Positions 49,601-62,639 of a stretch of DNA of 64,000 nucleotides are shown in pieces. The position numbers and the translations under genes were made by a program. The stretch covers positions 124,001-188,000 of the forward strand of contig NW_026779229.1 of the NCBI RefSeq assembly GCF_030144855.1, read 5' to 3'. The stretch is from Hypanus sabinus (lineage: Eukaryota). Below the pieces are notes generated by a model, which saw only the letters and a list, made by a program, of their open reading frames with translations, was not told where the DNA came from and did not search any database. The stretch's first letter is position 1. Each line of letters starts with the position of its first letter.

Positions 49601-52600
49601 CTGGATGGATAGAGTATCTCTGGTAAGCGAATATCATTGGAATCCCTACCAGTTATTGTCCATCCTAAATTGAACCGAATGAGGGGGTAGAGTGGGGAGT
49701 TTGATTTCTCGCAAATGTGGTCCTTCTGGTTAAGTAACTCCCAGAGGGTTGTTGGGTTGGCTTTAAGGCTAGTGTTGGTTGGGGAGAAAATCTGTGTTTG
49801 TAGCTGAAGGCAGGAGTTTCAAGACATGCTGTGAGTGCTGTAAAAGCGGTGGAGAAGAGGCATATTTGGGTTGGTGTCCACTTCCTCCTTTTTATCTTCG
49901 CAGACCCAGAGTCTACAATCTCTGACCTCCTGGCAGAGAGGGCTGAATATCGACTATACCAACTGACGAAATTCTACAGGGACAGACTGAAACAAGCAAT
50001 AGAAGGAGGTGTTGAAAGACTCAGTTGGATGTTGAGACAGGAGGGGCATTTCACTGCACAGGAACATGGGGTGAGTCTATTTAATGTATTGTCACTGGTA
50101 TCAGAGGGAAAAGTGATCAATATTAATCTCCGACATGTTCTAACATTTCTACATGGCCAACGAAATCCCTGAATTGTCTGCAGAAGAACTGGCCGCAGCT
50201 TTGAAATCTGGTAAGGTGTGGAGTGTTGGGAACTACAGTTTCAGTGTCACATTTTCCTCTCCGGTATTTATCAGTGGGGTATAAGAACAGTGGCTGTATA
50301 TCTGGACTGTTGGAAAGGCATTCAGACTACAATTCAATGCTCATCTCGTCAGGGCTGTCAGTCAAGTTCAGTTGACCCACTGGCTTCACTGCAGTCAGTG
50401 AGGGAAGGAGGGAGGGAAAGCTGCCAATCACACCTGCTCTGCTGTCCATCTGAGTTCCCAAACAAATGGGTGGCTGACCATTCAAAGAGTCATAGAGAAG
50501 TACTGTGCCAGCTATATCATGCCGAACCATTTCAACTGCCTACTCCCATCAACCTCCAAACAGACCACAGCCCCTCCATACGACTACCATCCATATCCAT
50601 ATCGAAATTTCCCTTAAAAGTCAAAATCCACCTGGCATGCTCCACTTTCATTGACCGCTTGTTCCAGACTTTCACGACCATCTGAGTGAAAAGGTACCTC
50701 CTCATGTTCCCCTTGAACATTTTGTGTTAACCCATGACCTCTAGTCGTAGTCTAACCGAACGTTAGTAGTTAAAGCCTGCTTGCGTTTATCCTATCTGTA
50801 AACCTCTATCAAATCTCCCTTCAGTCCTCTACGTCCCAAAGTATTATGAGCGAATTCAGTTAGTAGTATTTCCTTATAATTCATGCCGTCCAGTCCCAGT
50901 AATATCTTGGTCAACTTTCCCTACGCACCTTCAATCTTATTTGCATCTTTCTTGCAGATAGGTGACCTAAACTGCACGCAGTCCTCCAAATTAGGCCTCA
51001 CCGGCGTCTTATACAACTTCAATATAGCATCCCAACTCTATAATCAATATTTTGATTAATGAAGGCCAGAGTTACAAAAGATGATTTACGAACCTATCTA
51101 CCTGTGCCGCCTCTTTCAATGATTTGTGTACCTCTATTTCCAGATCCCTTTCTTCTAGCACATTCTTCAGTGCCTGGCCATTCAGTGTGCAAAACTTACC
51201 CTGGCTGGTCCTTACAAAGTGCAACACCATAATTGTCTGTATTAAACTCCATCTGCCATTGCTCAGCCCATGTTTCCGGCTGGTCCAGATGCCACTGAAA
51301 GCTCTGGTGTTCTTCGGTGTCCACTATAGTACCACTCTTTGTGTCCTCCGCAAAATTTGCGGAACCAGTTAACTGCGTTATTACACAGATCATTGATATT
51401 GACTGCAAACAATAACAGATGCAGTACCAATCACTGCGGCACTCCACTCGTCACAGGTCTCCAGTCAGAGAGGCAAATATTTGCCACCACTCTCTGGCTT
51501 TCCCCATGAAGCCAAAGTCTTATCCATTTTATTAACACATCTTGAATGCTGAGTGACTGAACTTCCTTGACCGACCTCCTATGTGGGACCTTGTCATGTG
51601 CATTGCTAAAGTTCATGTAGAGAACATCAATGTCTTGCCTTCAGCAACTTTCCGGGTATCTTGCTTGAAAAAATCTGTGCTTTTTTTTCTAAGAACCCTA
51701 CACTTCGTGATTTTTTATAAATAACCTGGATGAGGAAGTGGAGGGATGGGTTAGTAAATCTGCTGATGACACAAAGGTTGAGAGTTTTATGAATAGTGTG
51801 CAGGGCTGTCAGAGGTTACACAGGATATTGATAGGATGCAAAACTGGGCTGAAAAGTGGCAGATGGAGTTCAACCCAGAGAAGTGTGAGCTGGTTCATTT
51901 TGGTAGGTCAATAATGATAGCAAAATATAGCTTTAAGGGTAAGACTCCTGGCAGTGTGGAGGATCAGAGGGATCTTGGGGTCCGAGTCCATAGGTCTCCC
52001 AAAGCTGCAAAGCAGGTTGACTCTGTGCCTCTGTGAAGGCATGCAGTGCATTGACTTTAAGAGCCTAGAGTTAATACTGCAGCTATACAGGACCCTGGTC
52101 AGACCCCACTTGGAGTACTGTGCTCAATTATGTTCGCCTCACTATGCGAGGGACGTGGAATCCATAGAAAGGGTGCAGAGAATGTTTACAAGGATGCTGC
52201 CTGGATTGGGGAGCATGTCCTAAGAGAATACGTTGAGTGAACTCGGCCGTTTCTCTGAGAGTGATTGAGGATGAGAGGTGACCTGATAGCGATGTACAAG
52301 ATAATGAGAAGCTTTGATCGTGTGGGTAGTCAAAGGCCTTTCCCCAGGGCTGAAACGGCTAGCACGAGAGGGCATAGTTTTAAGGTGTTTGGAAGTAGGT
52401 ACAGAGATGTCAGGGGTAAGTTTTTTTTTACACAGAGAGTGGTGAGTGTGTGGGATGGGCTGCCAGCGGCTTTGGGGGAGGCGGAAACGATAGGGTCCCT
52501 TAAGAAACTGCTGGATGGCTACATGGAGCTTAGAAAAATAGAGTGTTATAGGTAAAGCCTAGGTAGTTCTAAAGTAGGAATATGTTCCGCACTGCTTTGT

Positions 52601-55600
52601 GGGCCGAAGGGCCTGTATTGTGCTGTATGGTTAATATGTTTCTATTCATTAGACACGACCTGCCACACATGAAGCTATGCTGACGATTCCCAATCACCAC
52701 GTCTATCTAAGTACCAATATATTCCAACCCTTGGAATACCTTCCAGTAACGTTCCCACGACTGGGGTCAGGCTCAGCAACCTATAATTCCCTGGGTTATT
52801 TTAGATCCTTTCTGAAACAAAACAAAAAAAAAACAGACAAAACAAAGACTCACATTGACAAAACCACATAATTATAACATATAGCTACAGCAGTGCAAAG
52901 CAATACCATAATTTGATAAAAGCAGACCATGGGCACGCTTAAAAAAAGTCTCAAGTCCCGATCGACTACAATTGCCCCAATATCAGGCAGCAGAAAGGGA
53001 GAAACTCTCCCTGCCATAAACCTCCAGGCACCAACAACTGATGCATTAGAAGCATCAGACCACAGCAGACTCTGAGTCCGTCCGAAAACATCGAGCCTCC
53101 GACCAGCCCCGCCGATACAGCCTCCCAAGCGCCATCCTCTGCCGAGGGCCTTCGACCTCGTCCCGGCAGCCGAAACAAGCAAAGACGAGGGGTCAGAGGC
53201 CTTCTCCTCCGGAGATTCCGGACCGCACAGTAGCAGCGGCAGCGGAGCAGGCATTTCAGACGTTTCTCCAGATGTTCCTCCGCGCTCTCACGTGTATCTC
53301 CATCAAATCAGAAATGTGCACGGTAACCTACTTAACAAATAACAGATATCGTTCACCGGAGAGACCACGCGCGCTGCGTCGCGCCACCATCTTCTCCTCC
53401 CTCCAACTTTGATTATCCTCTAGTCCTTTGCTTCTTCTGATATCACTAAGGATGATTTTATTATCTCTGCCCGGGCCGTGGCAATGTGTACACTTGCCTC
53501 CCGCAAGCAACACCTAGTCAGGCCTTCGGGATTTATCCACCCTGATTCACCTCAAAATAGCAGACACCTTATCTATAATGTGTATAGATCTTATGAAGTT
53601 GATGCAGTTTGGCCTCACTTCAAAATACTTTGTCCGTCTCCTGAGTATATATAAAAATGTAAAGAATGCATTTAAAATCTCCCCCATCTCCTTTGGCTCC
53701 ATGCATGAATTACCATTCTGATATTCCAGAGGACCAATTTTGACCCCTACAACCCTTTTGCTCTTGACATGTATGAGGAATCCCTTGATATTTGGAATCA
53801 CCTGTCTGCTCAAGGAACCTCGTGCCTTATTCTGGCCCTCCTGATATCCTGATTAAGAGCAATCTTGTATTTTTTCATGCTGACACAACTGTATTTCTAT
53901 GTTGTATTGACTGTTGTACATACTACTTATTATGAAAACAAACACCAGAAAATCTGCAGATGCTGGAAATTCAAGCAATACACACAAAATGCTGGTGGAA
54001 CGCAGCAGGCCAGGCAGCATCTATAGGCAGAAGCACTGTCGATGTTTCGGGTCGAGACTCTTAGTCCTGCCGAAGTGTCCTGCTGCGTTCCACCAGCATT
54101 TGTTGTGTGTTGCTACTTATTATCAATTACTTCAAACTACACATTGCACATTTAGATGGATACGTAACACAAAGATTTTTATTCCTCTAGTATATTAAGA
54201 ATGTCAGTAGGAAAGTCAATTCATTCGATTCACGTCATGGCGGTCAGTGGATCCCACACAAAACATGACTGTAAGGGCAGGACAGGGGCTGCATGTGTCT
54301 CGTTTAAGTGAATCATTTCATTACTTTGAAGATGGTGCCGCCGGCATTTGCCTCGGCATGTTACCCCCAACAGCTGAAGCTGAGCATCACGCAGGGTAGA
54401 TGGTTCTGGCATCAAGTTAATAAATTTTACGTATCCTTTTGCTCCGTCAGGAACTGTCTGCAGTTTGTGCAGAAGTTCAGTAGCACTGATTGCATCTCCC
54501 AAACCTGCAAATCCATCAAACCACAGCTAGGCAGTGGATATGTTGCTCACCGCCACCTGGCGCATCCACTTCACGTCTCAGCTCACCCTGACTTTGGGAA
54601 ATCTCATCGTTCCTTCATCAGCACCGGGTCTTCATCCTGGAGATCCCCGCTCATGGCTACGTGATTTATCTTCATCAGCAGTTATAAACTGTTACTCCTC
54701 AACGGTCAAATAGGGATGAAGAGTCAACATTGGATTTGTAATAGTAGTTATTTAACATGTATTTTCAGATATGATTCCCACCCGTATATGTTCCAGGCCA
54801 TGCTGAATGCCTGTTAATCTGAATGTGGCTGTTCTGATTACCTGCATTTCAGCTTCTGAAAATTCAATTTTCTCCCCATGTGTCTGAGATTCGGTCCCAA
54901 AATTCATTTTTTTTTGCTCCCTCAGCCCCCCCCCCCCTCACTCTTGCTTTTGTTGTTACATGCTGATTTACTCTGCTTTGTTTCCGCATAATTGTGGTAA
55001 TGCAGACCCTATCAGGAACGTCCCTGGAAATTTTTTCTTTGGATGAAAAATAACATTCATAGAAGTCTTTGCTGCACTAATCCTCAAACCTATGGCTAAA
55101 TATGTGGTGTAGGTTTTATATCAGAAGTTGTTGTGCCAGAAGAAACATCTAACATGTCAGACATAAATTCTTAAATTTATTCAATTCTTATTAAAGCAAC
55201 AGGAGCTTACAGGATCATATGTAAACTCTTTCTGACTTTCTATCTGCTCCACAATAAATTCATTGTTTTCCTTTTATAGAAACTCACTGAGCTGACAGAG
55301 AAGGGAAAACGGGCAGAAAGTTCCAGACTCTTCCTCAGTTTGGTGATGGGCAAAGGCTCCCGGACTCGGAGGGCGATGTGGGAATCCTTTGTGACATGGA
55401 GGACTGAGTTACCGAAGTTGGACAGAATACTGAGGGAAATACAGAAGCTCGGTATGTTAAAACCACGCACTGAACACAAAGGCACATTGAAATAAACAGT
55501 TTACATTATTTTAGTTCTGTTTTCAAGGACGTTTTTCTTTGAATTAAACAGACCCTGATCCAGAGGAATACATTGACATCGCCCGAGGGTTATCTGAATT

Positions 55601-55617
55601 ACCCACTCAACTGATAG
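45916..55617 (+). CDS. Chondrichthyan NLR (NLRC3/NLRP3-like) gene, 5' coding exons: join(45916-46033,47565-47720,47824-48105,49904-50070,55280-55451,55552-55617); NACHT/LRR exons expected beyond the window
   Basis: All introns are GT-AG and the phases match (1,1,1,0,1,1), giving 320 uninterrupted codons. The last three exons encode the CARD-like domain typical of ray NLR expansions. Confidence 0.8.
47565..47720 (+). CDS. NLR exon with hydrophobic TM-like segment (DFLVISAEIVISITMSILFFFWECMCP...)
   Basis: Acceptor gttccctttag|, weaker donor G|GTCAGC, 156 nt, phase 1-1, open frame. Confidence 0.55.
47824..48105 (+). CDS. NLR linker exon (GGKWFWTAVKRFFPG...SSPQQGA)
   Basis: Acceptor tttattttcag|, donor G|GTGAGT, 282 nt, phase 1-1, open. 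Confidence 0.75.
48160..49370 (-). mobile_element. Intronic CR1 3' fragment
   Basis: QPHLEYCVQF, ETRTRGHCLKI, FSQRVVNLWN motifs; tandem tail aacataa/agcataag. Confidence 0.9.
49904..50070 (+). CDS. NLR CARD-like domain exon 1 (DPESTISDLLAERAEYRLYQLTKFYRDRLKQAIEGGVERLSWMLRQEGHFTAQEHG)
   Basis: Acceptor ttttatcttcgcag|, donor |GTGAGT; the QLTKFYRDRLxQAIE motif is characteristic of ray NLRs. Confidence 0.9.
51705..52646 (+). mobile_element. Nested CR1 3' fragment
   Basis: ADDTKV, WAEKWQMEFNPEKC, LVRPHLEYC; same subfamily as 8800-9430. Confidence 0.9.
52816..53402 (-). mobile_element. GC-rich non-autonomous retroelement/SINE-like insertion
   Basis: The 5' end on the minus strand is GGAGGAGAAGATGGTGGCG (YY1-like), the 3' end is T-rich, and the element splits the surrounding CR1. 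Confidence 0.6.
53934..54112. mobile_element. Short Penelope-derived inverted-repeat element with an 11-bp TSD CTACTTATTAT
   Basis: Matches 23028-23155; arms AATGCTGGTGGAACGCAGCAGG / CCTGCTGCGTTCCACCAGCATT; TSD at 53923-53933 and 54113-54123. Confidence 0.85.
55280..55451 (+). CDS. NLR CARD-like domain exon 2 (KLTELTEKGKRAESSRLFLSLVMGKGSRTRRAMWESFVTWRTELPKLDRILREIQKL)
   Basis: Acceptor tttccttttatag|, donor G|GTATGT, phase 0-1. Confidence 0.92.
55552..55617 (+). CDS. NLR linker exon (DPDPEEYIDIARGLSELPTQLI) expected to precede the NACHT exon
   Basis: Acceptor aaacag|, donor AG|GTGAGT, 66 nt, phase 1-1. Confidence 0.88.
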
Positions 55618-55799
55618 GTGAGTGATGACATTCCCAGTCGTGGGTCACTTCTTTATACGTTATCTGTCTTTCTTAATCATTCAAAATAATGCAAGGGCAA
55701 GTGAAGCGATCATTCATCAGACCATCATTGCTGTGAGTGGGTCAGAGTGTGATGTAGTTTTGGCTCTTCAGGCTTGGGCTATGGGAAGTATCTGGTAAG

Positions 55800-56520
55800 A
55801 TTCCTTTTTTGTTAGTAATTCCGCATTCCTTATCTGTTAGGGCACAGGAGTGGAGCGTGGAGTGAGAGTACTTCCAGGGGCAGTCTTTTGTACTATTCTG
55901 AGATGTGCGAGTTCTTGGAGACTTCCAGTCTCCTGGACAACGAGAACAGCGGCAGGTGCACCCAGCTACAGCACTGGAGTAGCAACTCGAGGACGTTTTG
56001 CTCATACGGGAGAATGAGGAGGTGATGGATAGGAGCTGCAGGGAGGGGGCAAGAGACAGTGAGCTGGGTGACTGTCAGGAGAAGGAAAAGAAATGCACAA
56101 TCAGTGCAGAGTCTACTTGTGGCCGTTTCCCTCTATAATGAGTATACCACTTTAGATACTGTTGAAGAGGATGTCTAACCAGGGAGAGCTGCATCACAGG
56201 GTTTCTCGGACTGAGTCTGGTGTTGTGGCTTAGAAGGGACGAGAGGTGAATAGGACGGCAGTGGTGATAGGAAATTCCATTGTCGGAGGATAAGCGACGA
56301 GGTTCTGTGGGCACGATAGAGATACACAGATGGTATGTTGCTTCCCAGGTGTCAGTGTCACGGATGTCTCAGAATGGATCCATAGCATTCTAAAGTAGCC
56401 AGACGTCTTGAAACAAATTGGCACAAATGACACAAGTAGGAAATGTGATTAGGTCCTGAAGAGAGATTTTAGGGAGTTACATAGAATGTTGAAAGTCGGG
56501 ACATCTAGGTTAGTTATCTT
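55800..56520 (+). mobile_element. Decayed CR1 5'/ORF1 esterase fragment (intronic)
   Basis: AVVIGNSIVG, VCCFPG, IGTND motifs with stops. Confidence 0.8.
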
Positions 56521-58545
56521 AGAGCAAGAGTACAATGAATTGAAAGGTAAATTTCAGAGGACCTCACGCAGGGGGCGGGGGATCGTCTTGCTGCTTGATC
56601 TTAATCCAACTCAAATATTTTCACTTCTTCATTGGGCAGAAGATACATAAACCTGAAAGTATCAAGGACAAATTTAATTCTGCATTTCTAAGACTAATAA
56701 AAGGTCACATTCTATGTTAAGATGAGCTCTTATTCACAATACATATAATATCAAAGTAAAAAGTAAGTTTATTATCACCCCTCATATGACACCATATGCG
56801 ACCCTAAGATTCATTTTGTTCCTGGCATACTCAATAAGTACAATAACCATAATAGGGCCAGTGAAGGACTGTACCGAACAGGTTGGACAAACAGTCTGCA
56901 AGATACAAAAGACTGAAAATACAGAAGAAATACATAATAATAAATATATAAGCGGATTCATAGGATGTGGGAACAATCCAATGGGGCAAGTGTAGTTTCT
57001 GCTCTGTTTGAGGAATTATTTGTTGAGGGATAATAACTGTTTCTGAACCTATTGGCATGAGTCCTGAAGAGGTTCACTGTTTTAAGTGTAATGTAAATCA
57101 AAGTCTCAGTTCTTTTCTCCATAAATGTGATATGATGCTTTGTTGAAGAAGAGCTGAGAGGTTCTTACAATGTCAGCACCACTAATCCTTCAGCAGCACT
57201 TGTAAAAAAAACTGACCATCTGATCAATTGATTCATTCATCTGTTATTTAAATTACACTTCTTGCAGTGTTGCATTCCATCGGATTGTATTGTCCGTGTT
57301 GTTGATGGGTTTTCTTTCCCTGATTTGCAATTGATGCAAATTGATTCAGGAGCAGATTCTTCTTCTAAGTTAGCCTTCTGAACAGTCCATGAACATGACC
57401 TTGCTAATCCTGCTTTGCGGTATATAGTTCTTTCATTTCTTATTGTCAATTATACTAGTTTTTATGTCCTGTGCTCTACTGTGCCAAAAAGCAACACATT
57501 TCATAACATTTATTAGATATAATAAGGCGTATTCTGCGAGTTGTAAGCCACTGGCATAAAACAACAGAGCAAATTACCTCTTCTGGAGTTTTATTCACAT
57601 GATTTATGAAGGAAGACTGAGTTTATACCTGTTGGAGTTTAGACATTTAAGATTAGATTTCAGTGAAACATAAGATCCTCAGACATTTTATTAGGGTGCA
57701 TTTGAGGGGAGTGGTGAGGACGTCCCCTCCTCTGGGATTATCCAGAAGAAACATCTGCTGTTTAATTTTTTAAAAAGTCCATACTTGAAAGAGGTGAGAT
57801 AATAATAATTACTTTTGAATAATAAGATAAAACGGATCTTTTGCCTAAAGGAGAAATCACAAATAACCCATCAAAATAGCGTCCTATTGTTTTACAATCT
57901 AAATATGAAATTTAACATCATGCATCTCACTACTAATCACCGCTCATTTAGGTAACCACAATATACTTGCGAAGAGCAGAAAGTGTGCGGTAAGGGTATG
58001 AAAGGCTGTAAGGAACAACTGAGAATAGCCAATTCAAGCCAACAGGAAAAGCAAAAAATCATTCACTTTGTTACAATGACTATCAAAAACATTTGATTCT
58101 GTCCCACAGTCATTGTTAATAGTTCATAATGTACATAAATACACACAACACTTGTGAAATTCGCACAATATATGATGAAGCATTGGCGTGCTCAAATCGC
58201 TCTGTCTATTCTCAATCAAAAAAGAACAACCACCAATAAATAAAACGAGATATTTCTCAGTGCGACTCTGAATCCACGGTGGTTTTGCCTGGTTTAAAAT
58301 TTTCTCTCTAATTTACTGAATTGTATAAAGATAGGGTAACAAATTAGCAAATTAAAACATACAGACAAACAAATTATACCTTGGCATACCTTCTATACAT
58401 GGATACATGGATGAATTAAAATTATAGTCTCCATCCATAAAAGGTACAACAATTAATTCAAATAGTAGAGCTATTTTGAAAAGATAGAAACATCAACTTT
58501 GGTCTTGATAAGTGCAGAACATACAACAGATTTTGTAGTATCATT

Positions 58546-60860
58546 AAGATGGCCACTCATGCAAGCAGCCCTGATGGAAATAAATCAAATATTCTCATGT
58601 TAGATTTCTAGAGCTGGAATCCACAATTAAACACTTAAATAATGCAGAAGCAACATCATGTTAAGGCGGCTAAAATCTCTATTGCTACACTATTGCTACT
58701 CAAAGCTGATAAATATCGGATGCTGGTCTCCAGTCGCTAGAGCGTTTCCCCTTTACGGAAAGCAGAAAGCAGAAACTGGGCTGGATTAAAAGTTTGTTTA
58801 CGGAGAAGAGGGTTCATACTTGCATGCAATTTTGCTGACAGATATACAGTTTCTGGAAAATATAATCGAAGTTTGCAGAGGATGATTGTTGTTCAGAAGG
58901 ATATTCCGGATTGTTGTGTTCTTCTGCTTGAGGGAGACCTGGATATACCTGTCATTCTAGATGCAGTTTTACAGATTGCTGACATCACATTTACTATCAA
59001 GATGGGACTGATGAATATTTCAAAGGCAGAGGAGTAGGAGCATGCTTCATTATCCACTGCTGGTGGTGTACAAACATGGCAGTTCTATTCCAGTCCTGCT
59101 CTCTGAACCTGGAAAATCTTGGGAAAAACTATACTCCATTTTATCTCTCATGGGAGTTATCAGCCATCATCTTGGTAGCTGTGTATAGCCCACCACAGGC
59201 CCGAGTCCAACAGTCTCTATTGAGCGGGGCGACAGGCATCAAAAAACAGCACACCCTGATGTTTTCCCCGTCGTCTTGGGGGTTTTTAACCGAGCTAGCG
59301 TGAAACAGTCTCTAAATAGTTATTAACAACATATCACTTGTGGAACCAGAGGAGTAACACATAGGACCACTGTGATGCTACCATCATCTCACTTACAGTG
59401 CCATCCTACACTTGCAATTTGGAAAGTCTGATCTATGGATAGATATTGAAGACCACAGCAACAGTAGAGGGGACCAATAAGGTGTAGATACAGGAGACAC
59501 AGGAGCACTTACAAAACAACTTTGAGTTCATAGACTGGACTGTTCAGCGTTTTTATTCAAATCTGAATAAATACTCCTCAGTTATCACTAACTCTAAAAA
59601 CCTGTGTGGATATGTCTATGCCTACCAGAATATATTATACATAACTGAATCAAAAACCGTAGATGAACCAAGAGATTTGTAAACGTCTGGGGAAGGAAAA
59701 TATCGGTGCATTAAAGTGTGGTGATCCAAGATTGCGCAAGAAGGCCAGGTATGACATACGGAGGATTATCTCATGAGCAAAATAACCATTCTGATTGAGG
59801 TTGGAGGCGTAATTGGATGCACGTCAACTCTGGCAGTGCTTACAGGCCATTACTTCCCACAAAGCGCAAACTTACAATGAATTGCGGAGAAGTTTCGCTC
59901 CCAGTGGGGATTAACAGCTTTTATGCACGCATTGAAATGGAGAATACAACTACTGCAATGAGGGTCACGGCAGCATCCACTGACCCTGGGATCTTTGACT
60001 CGGAAGCCGATCTCGGAAGGTCTTTCAATATGTTAAGTGCTTGCAAGGGAGCTGCCCTGATGCCGTACCTGGTAGGGCTCTGAAATTTTGGGTCAACTAA
60101 CTGTCGTGTGTATTCAATGGTATTTTCAACTTCTCATTGCTCCGATTGTAAGTTCCCACCTGCTTTAATAGGGAGAAGTCATACCAATTCCCAAGAAGAA
60201 CAGGGTGAGATGCCTTAATGACTATTTCCCGCAGCACTCAGTTCCACAATGAAGGACATTGAGAGGTTGACTATGGCTTGAATCAACCCCTGCCTCAGCT
60301 AGGACATAGACCCAATGTAATTTGCATATCACCACTATTTGTCTACAGCGGATGCGATTTCATTGGCTCTTTCCGTGGCCATTGATCACCTAGAGGTTAA
60401 TAATACTTACGTCCGGTATAACATGATCGTTTCAACAGGTATGATCAAAAAGCTCCCGAACTTGGGCTGCCGAACCTATCACTGCAAATGAATCGTTAAG
60501 TTCCTCACCAGAAGACCACTGTCTGTGCGGAATGGAAATAATATCTCCACTTCGCTGATAATCAATACTGGCGCAACTTAATGATGTTTGCTTATCCCAC
60601 TGTTCTTTTCTCTCTGCAGCCATAATTGTGTGGCTAGACGCAGCTCTAGTGCTATCTCTAACGTTGCTGAAGACACAACTATTATTGTCAGAGTTTCAGA
60701 TGGTGATGGAAGTGCGTAGAGGAGCGAAACATTTCAGCATGTTGAGTGGTGTTGTAGCCACAATCTTGTACACAATGTCAGCAGGACAAGGGAATTGATA
60801 TTGGACTTCACAAAAAGTAAGATGAGGGGGCACACACCTGTCTTCAAAAAGGTGTCAAGA
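58546..60860 (+). mobile_element. Decayed Rex1/Babar-like LINE
   Basis: Starts AAGATGGCC. EN remnants CLRETW, ILVAVYSPPQA; RT remnants CLNDY, DPM*FAY, AEDTT. Confidence 0.8.
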
Positions 60861-60869
60861 TCTCTGAGC

Positions 60870-61835
60870 ATCCTATCTGATCCCAACATTGTCTACCTTC
60901 AGATCGTTCATCTTCCAAAGAACCTTCTCTGTAGTAATAGTAACTTCAGACACTAATGACCCGTCAATACCTGGAACTTCCACCATACTGCTCATGTCTT
61001 CTACATGAAGATTGATGCAAAATACTTTTTCAGATCGTCCACCATTTGCTTGTCCCACATTAATACATCTTCAGCCTCATTTTACAGCGGTCCAATATCC
61101 ATTCTTTCTTCTCTTTTATGCATCTGAAGAAACTTCTGGAATCGACTTTTTATATAATTGTCTAGCTTACTGTCATATTCCATCTTTAACTTCATGATTT
61201 TTAGTTGATATTTATTGATATTTAAAAGCTTCCTCTAATTTCCCACTGTTCTGTTATGCTCACTCTCTTTGGGATTGACTTCTTTTGTTAGCCACGGTTG
61301 TGTCTTCTTGTTTTGGGAACGCTTCTTCCTCCTTGGGACGTATATATCATGTGCCATCTGAATTGCTTACAGAAATTCCAGCCATTGCTGCTCTGCCGTA
61401 ATTCCTGCCGGTGTTATTTTCCAATCAATTCTGCACACCTCCTATCTCATGCCTCTATAATTTCCTTTACTCCACTGTAATATTGATATATCTGACCTCC
61501 TTCTCAAATTTCAGGGTGAAGGCCATCATATTATAGTCACTTACCCCGATAGGGTTTTTTACCTAATACTCTCTAATCAATTCCAGTCTATTGCACAATA
61601 CGCAATCCAAAATAGCTGATCCGCTAGTGGTCTCAACCACAGGCATTCAAGAGATTTCCCCTCTTGGAATCCCACAACATCCTGACTATCCAGTCCTACC
61701 TGCAAATTGAAATCCCCCATGACAATTGTGACATTTACCTTTTGGCATGCGTTTTCTATCTCCCGTTGTAACTTTGCGATCACATCCTTTTACTGTTTGG
61801 GGGTTTGTATATAACTACCATCAGGGTCTTTTTAC
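60870..61835 (-). mobile_element. Decayed CR1 ORF2 (EN/linker) fragment
   Basis: KLQREIENACQK...IVMGDFNL motif. Confidence 0.8.
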
Positions 61836-62639
61836 ATCTTCAAAGCCCGATGCTCCGAAGAGGCACATCCATCAGTTAGGAACCGCAGCACTCATGCCAT
61901 GCCCAATTCTTATTGCTACAGTTGGGGAGGAGGTACTGGAGCTTGAGGACATTCACACAAGGAACCACTTTTTCCCCTGTGCCGTCAGCAGAATACAATG
62001 CAACCGATGGATGAATATGAAATATATAAGTATTGTCGATATCAACAAACAATGAGAATACCTCATACTGCAATAAAGGGAAATGCTTAATTGGAATTTA
62101 CTTCAATGCTTAAGAAAATCGGCAATGCAACGGTCAAAATGCAGCATAGTGACAAACGCTTTCGCTATACCTATATTAATATTCTTTTGGCGCAATACGT
62201 TGGTCTGTTACCGATCTGGAAAACTTAAAAAGAAAAAAAGAGGGACTGAAATGAAAAGTTTTAGGAACACATTATGTGCACTCGAACGCGCTGAGGTTAA
62301 GCAATAGCCTATAACTTTCCTTTGGACTTGGAGGCAATTTGATGCGGCAGGGCTGAGGCCGTGAGCCAGGAGAATCCCGAAGTCCGATTGACTTGTGCAC
62401 CAGGCCGAGTTGGAAATGTTGGGTACAGTTCCCCGGAGTATTGAAGTGACAGAACCAGATGTTTGGAAGGCACTGGGGGCCGGGTTGAAGTTGAAAACTC
62501 GGGTACAGGACGATACCGGAGTCTACGCCCCCAGACCGTATCGAAGTGAGTGAAGTGGTGCTTGGATGATGATTTAAGCTCTTGGCCAGACTGATAAACG
62601 ATAGAGTATCAGGGTCTGAGGCGAAAGCGAGGGGCGGTT

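Larger units (their letters stand above)
50490..53880 (-). mobile_element. Old CR1 interrupted by two nested insertions
   Basis: Minus-strand FAEDTK, FSNAHDKVPH, VKSKR...IGPL motifs at 50490-51690, 52647-52815 and 53400-53880. Confidence 0.8.
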
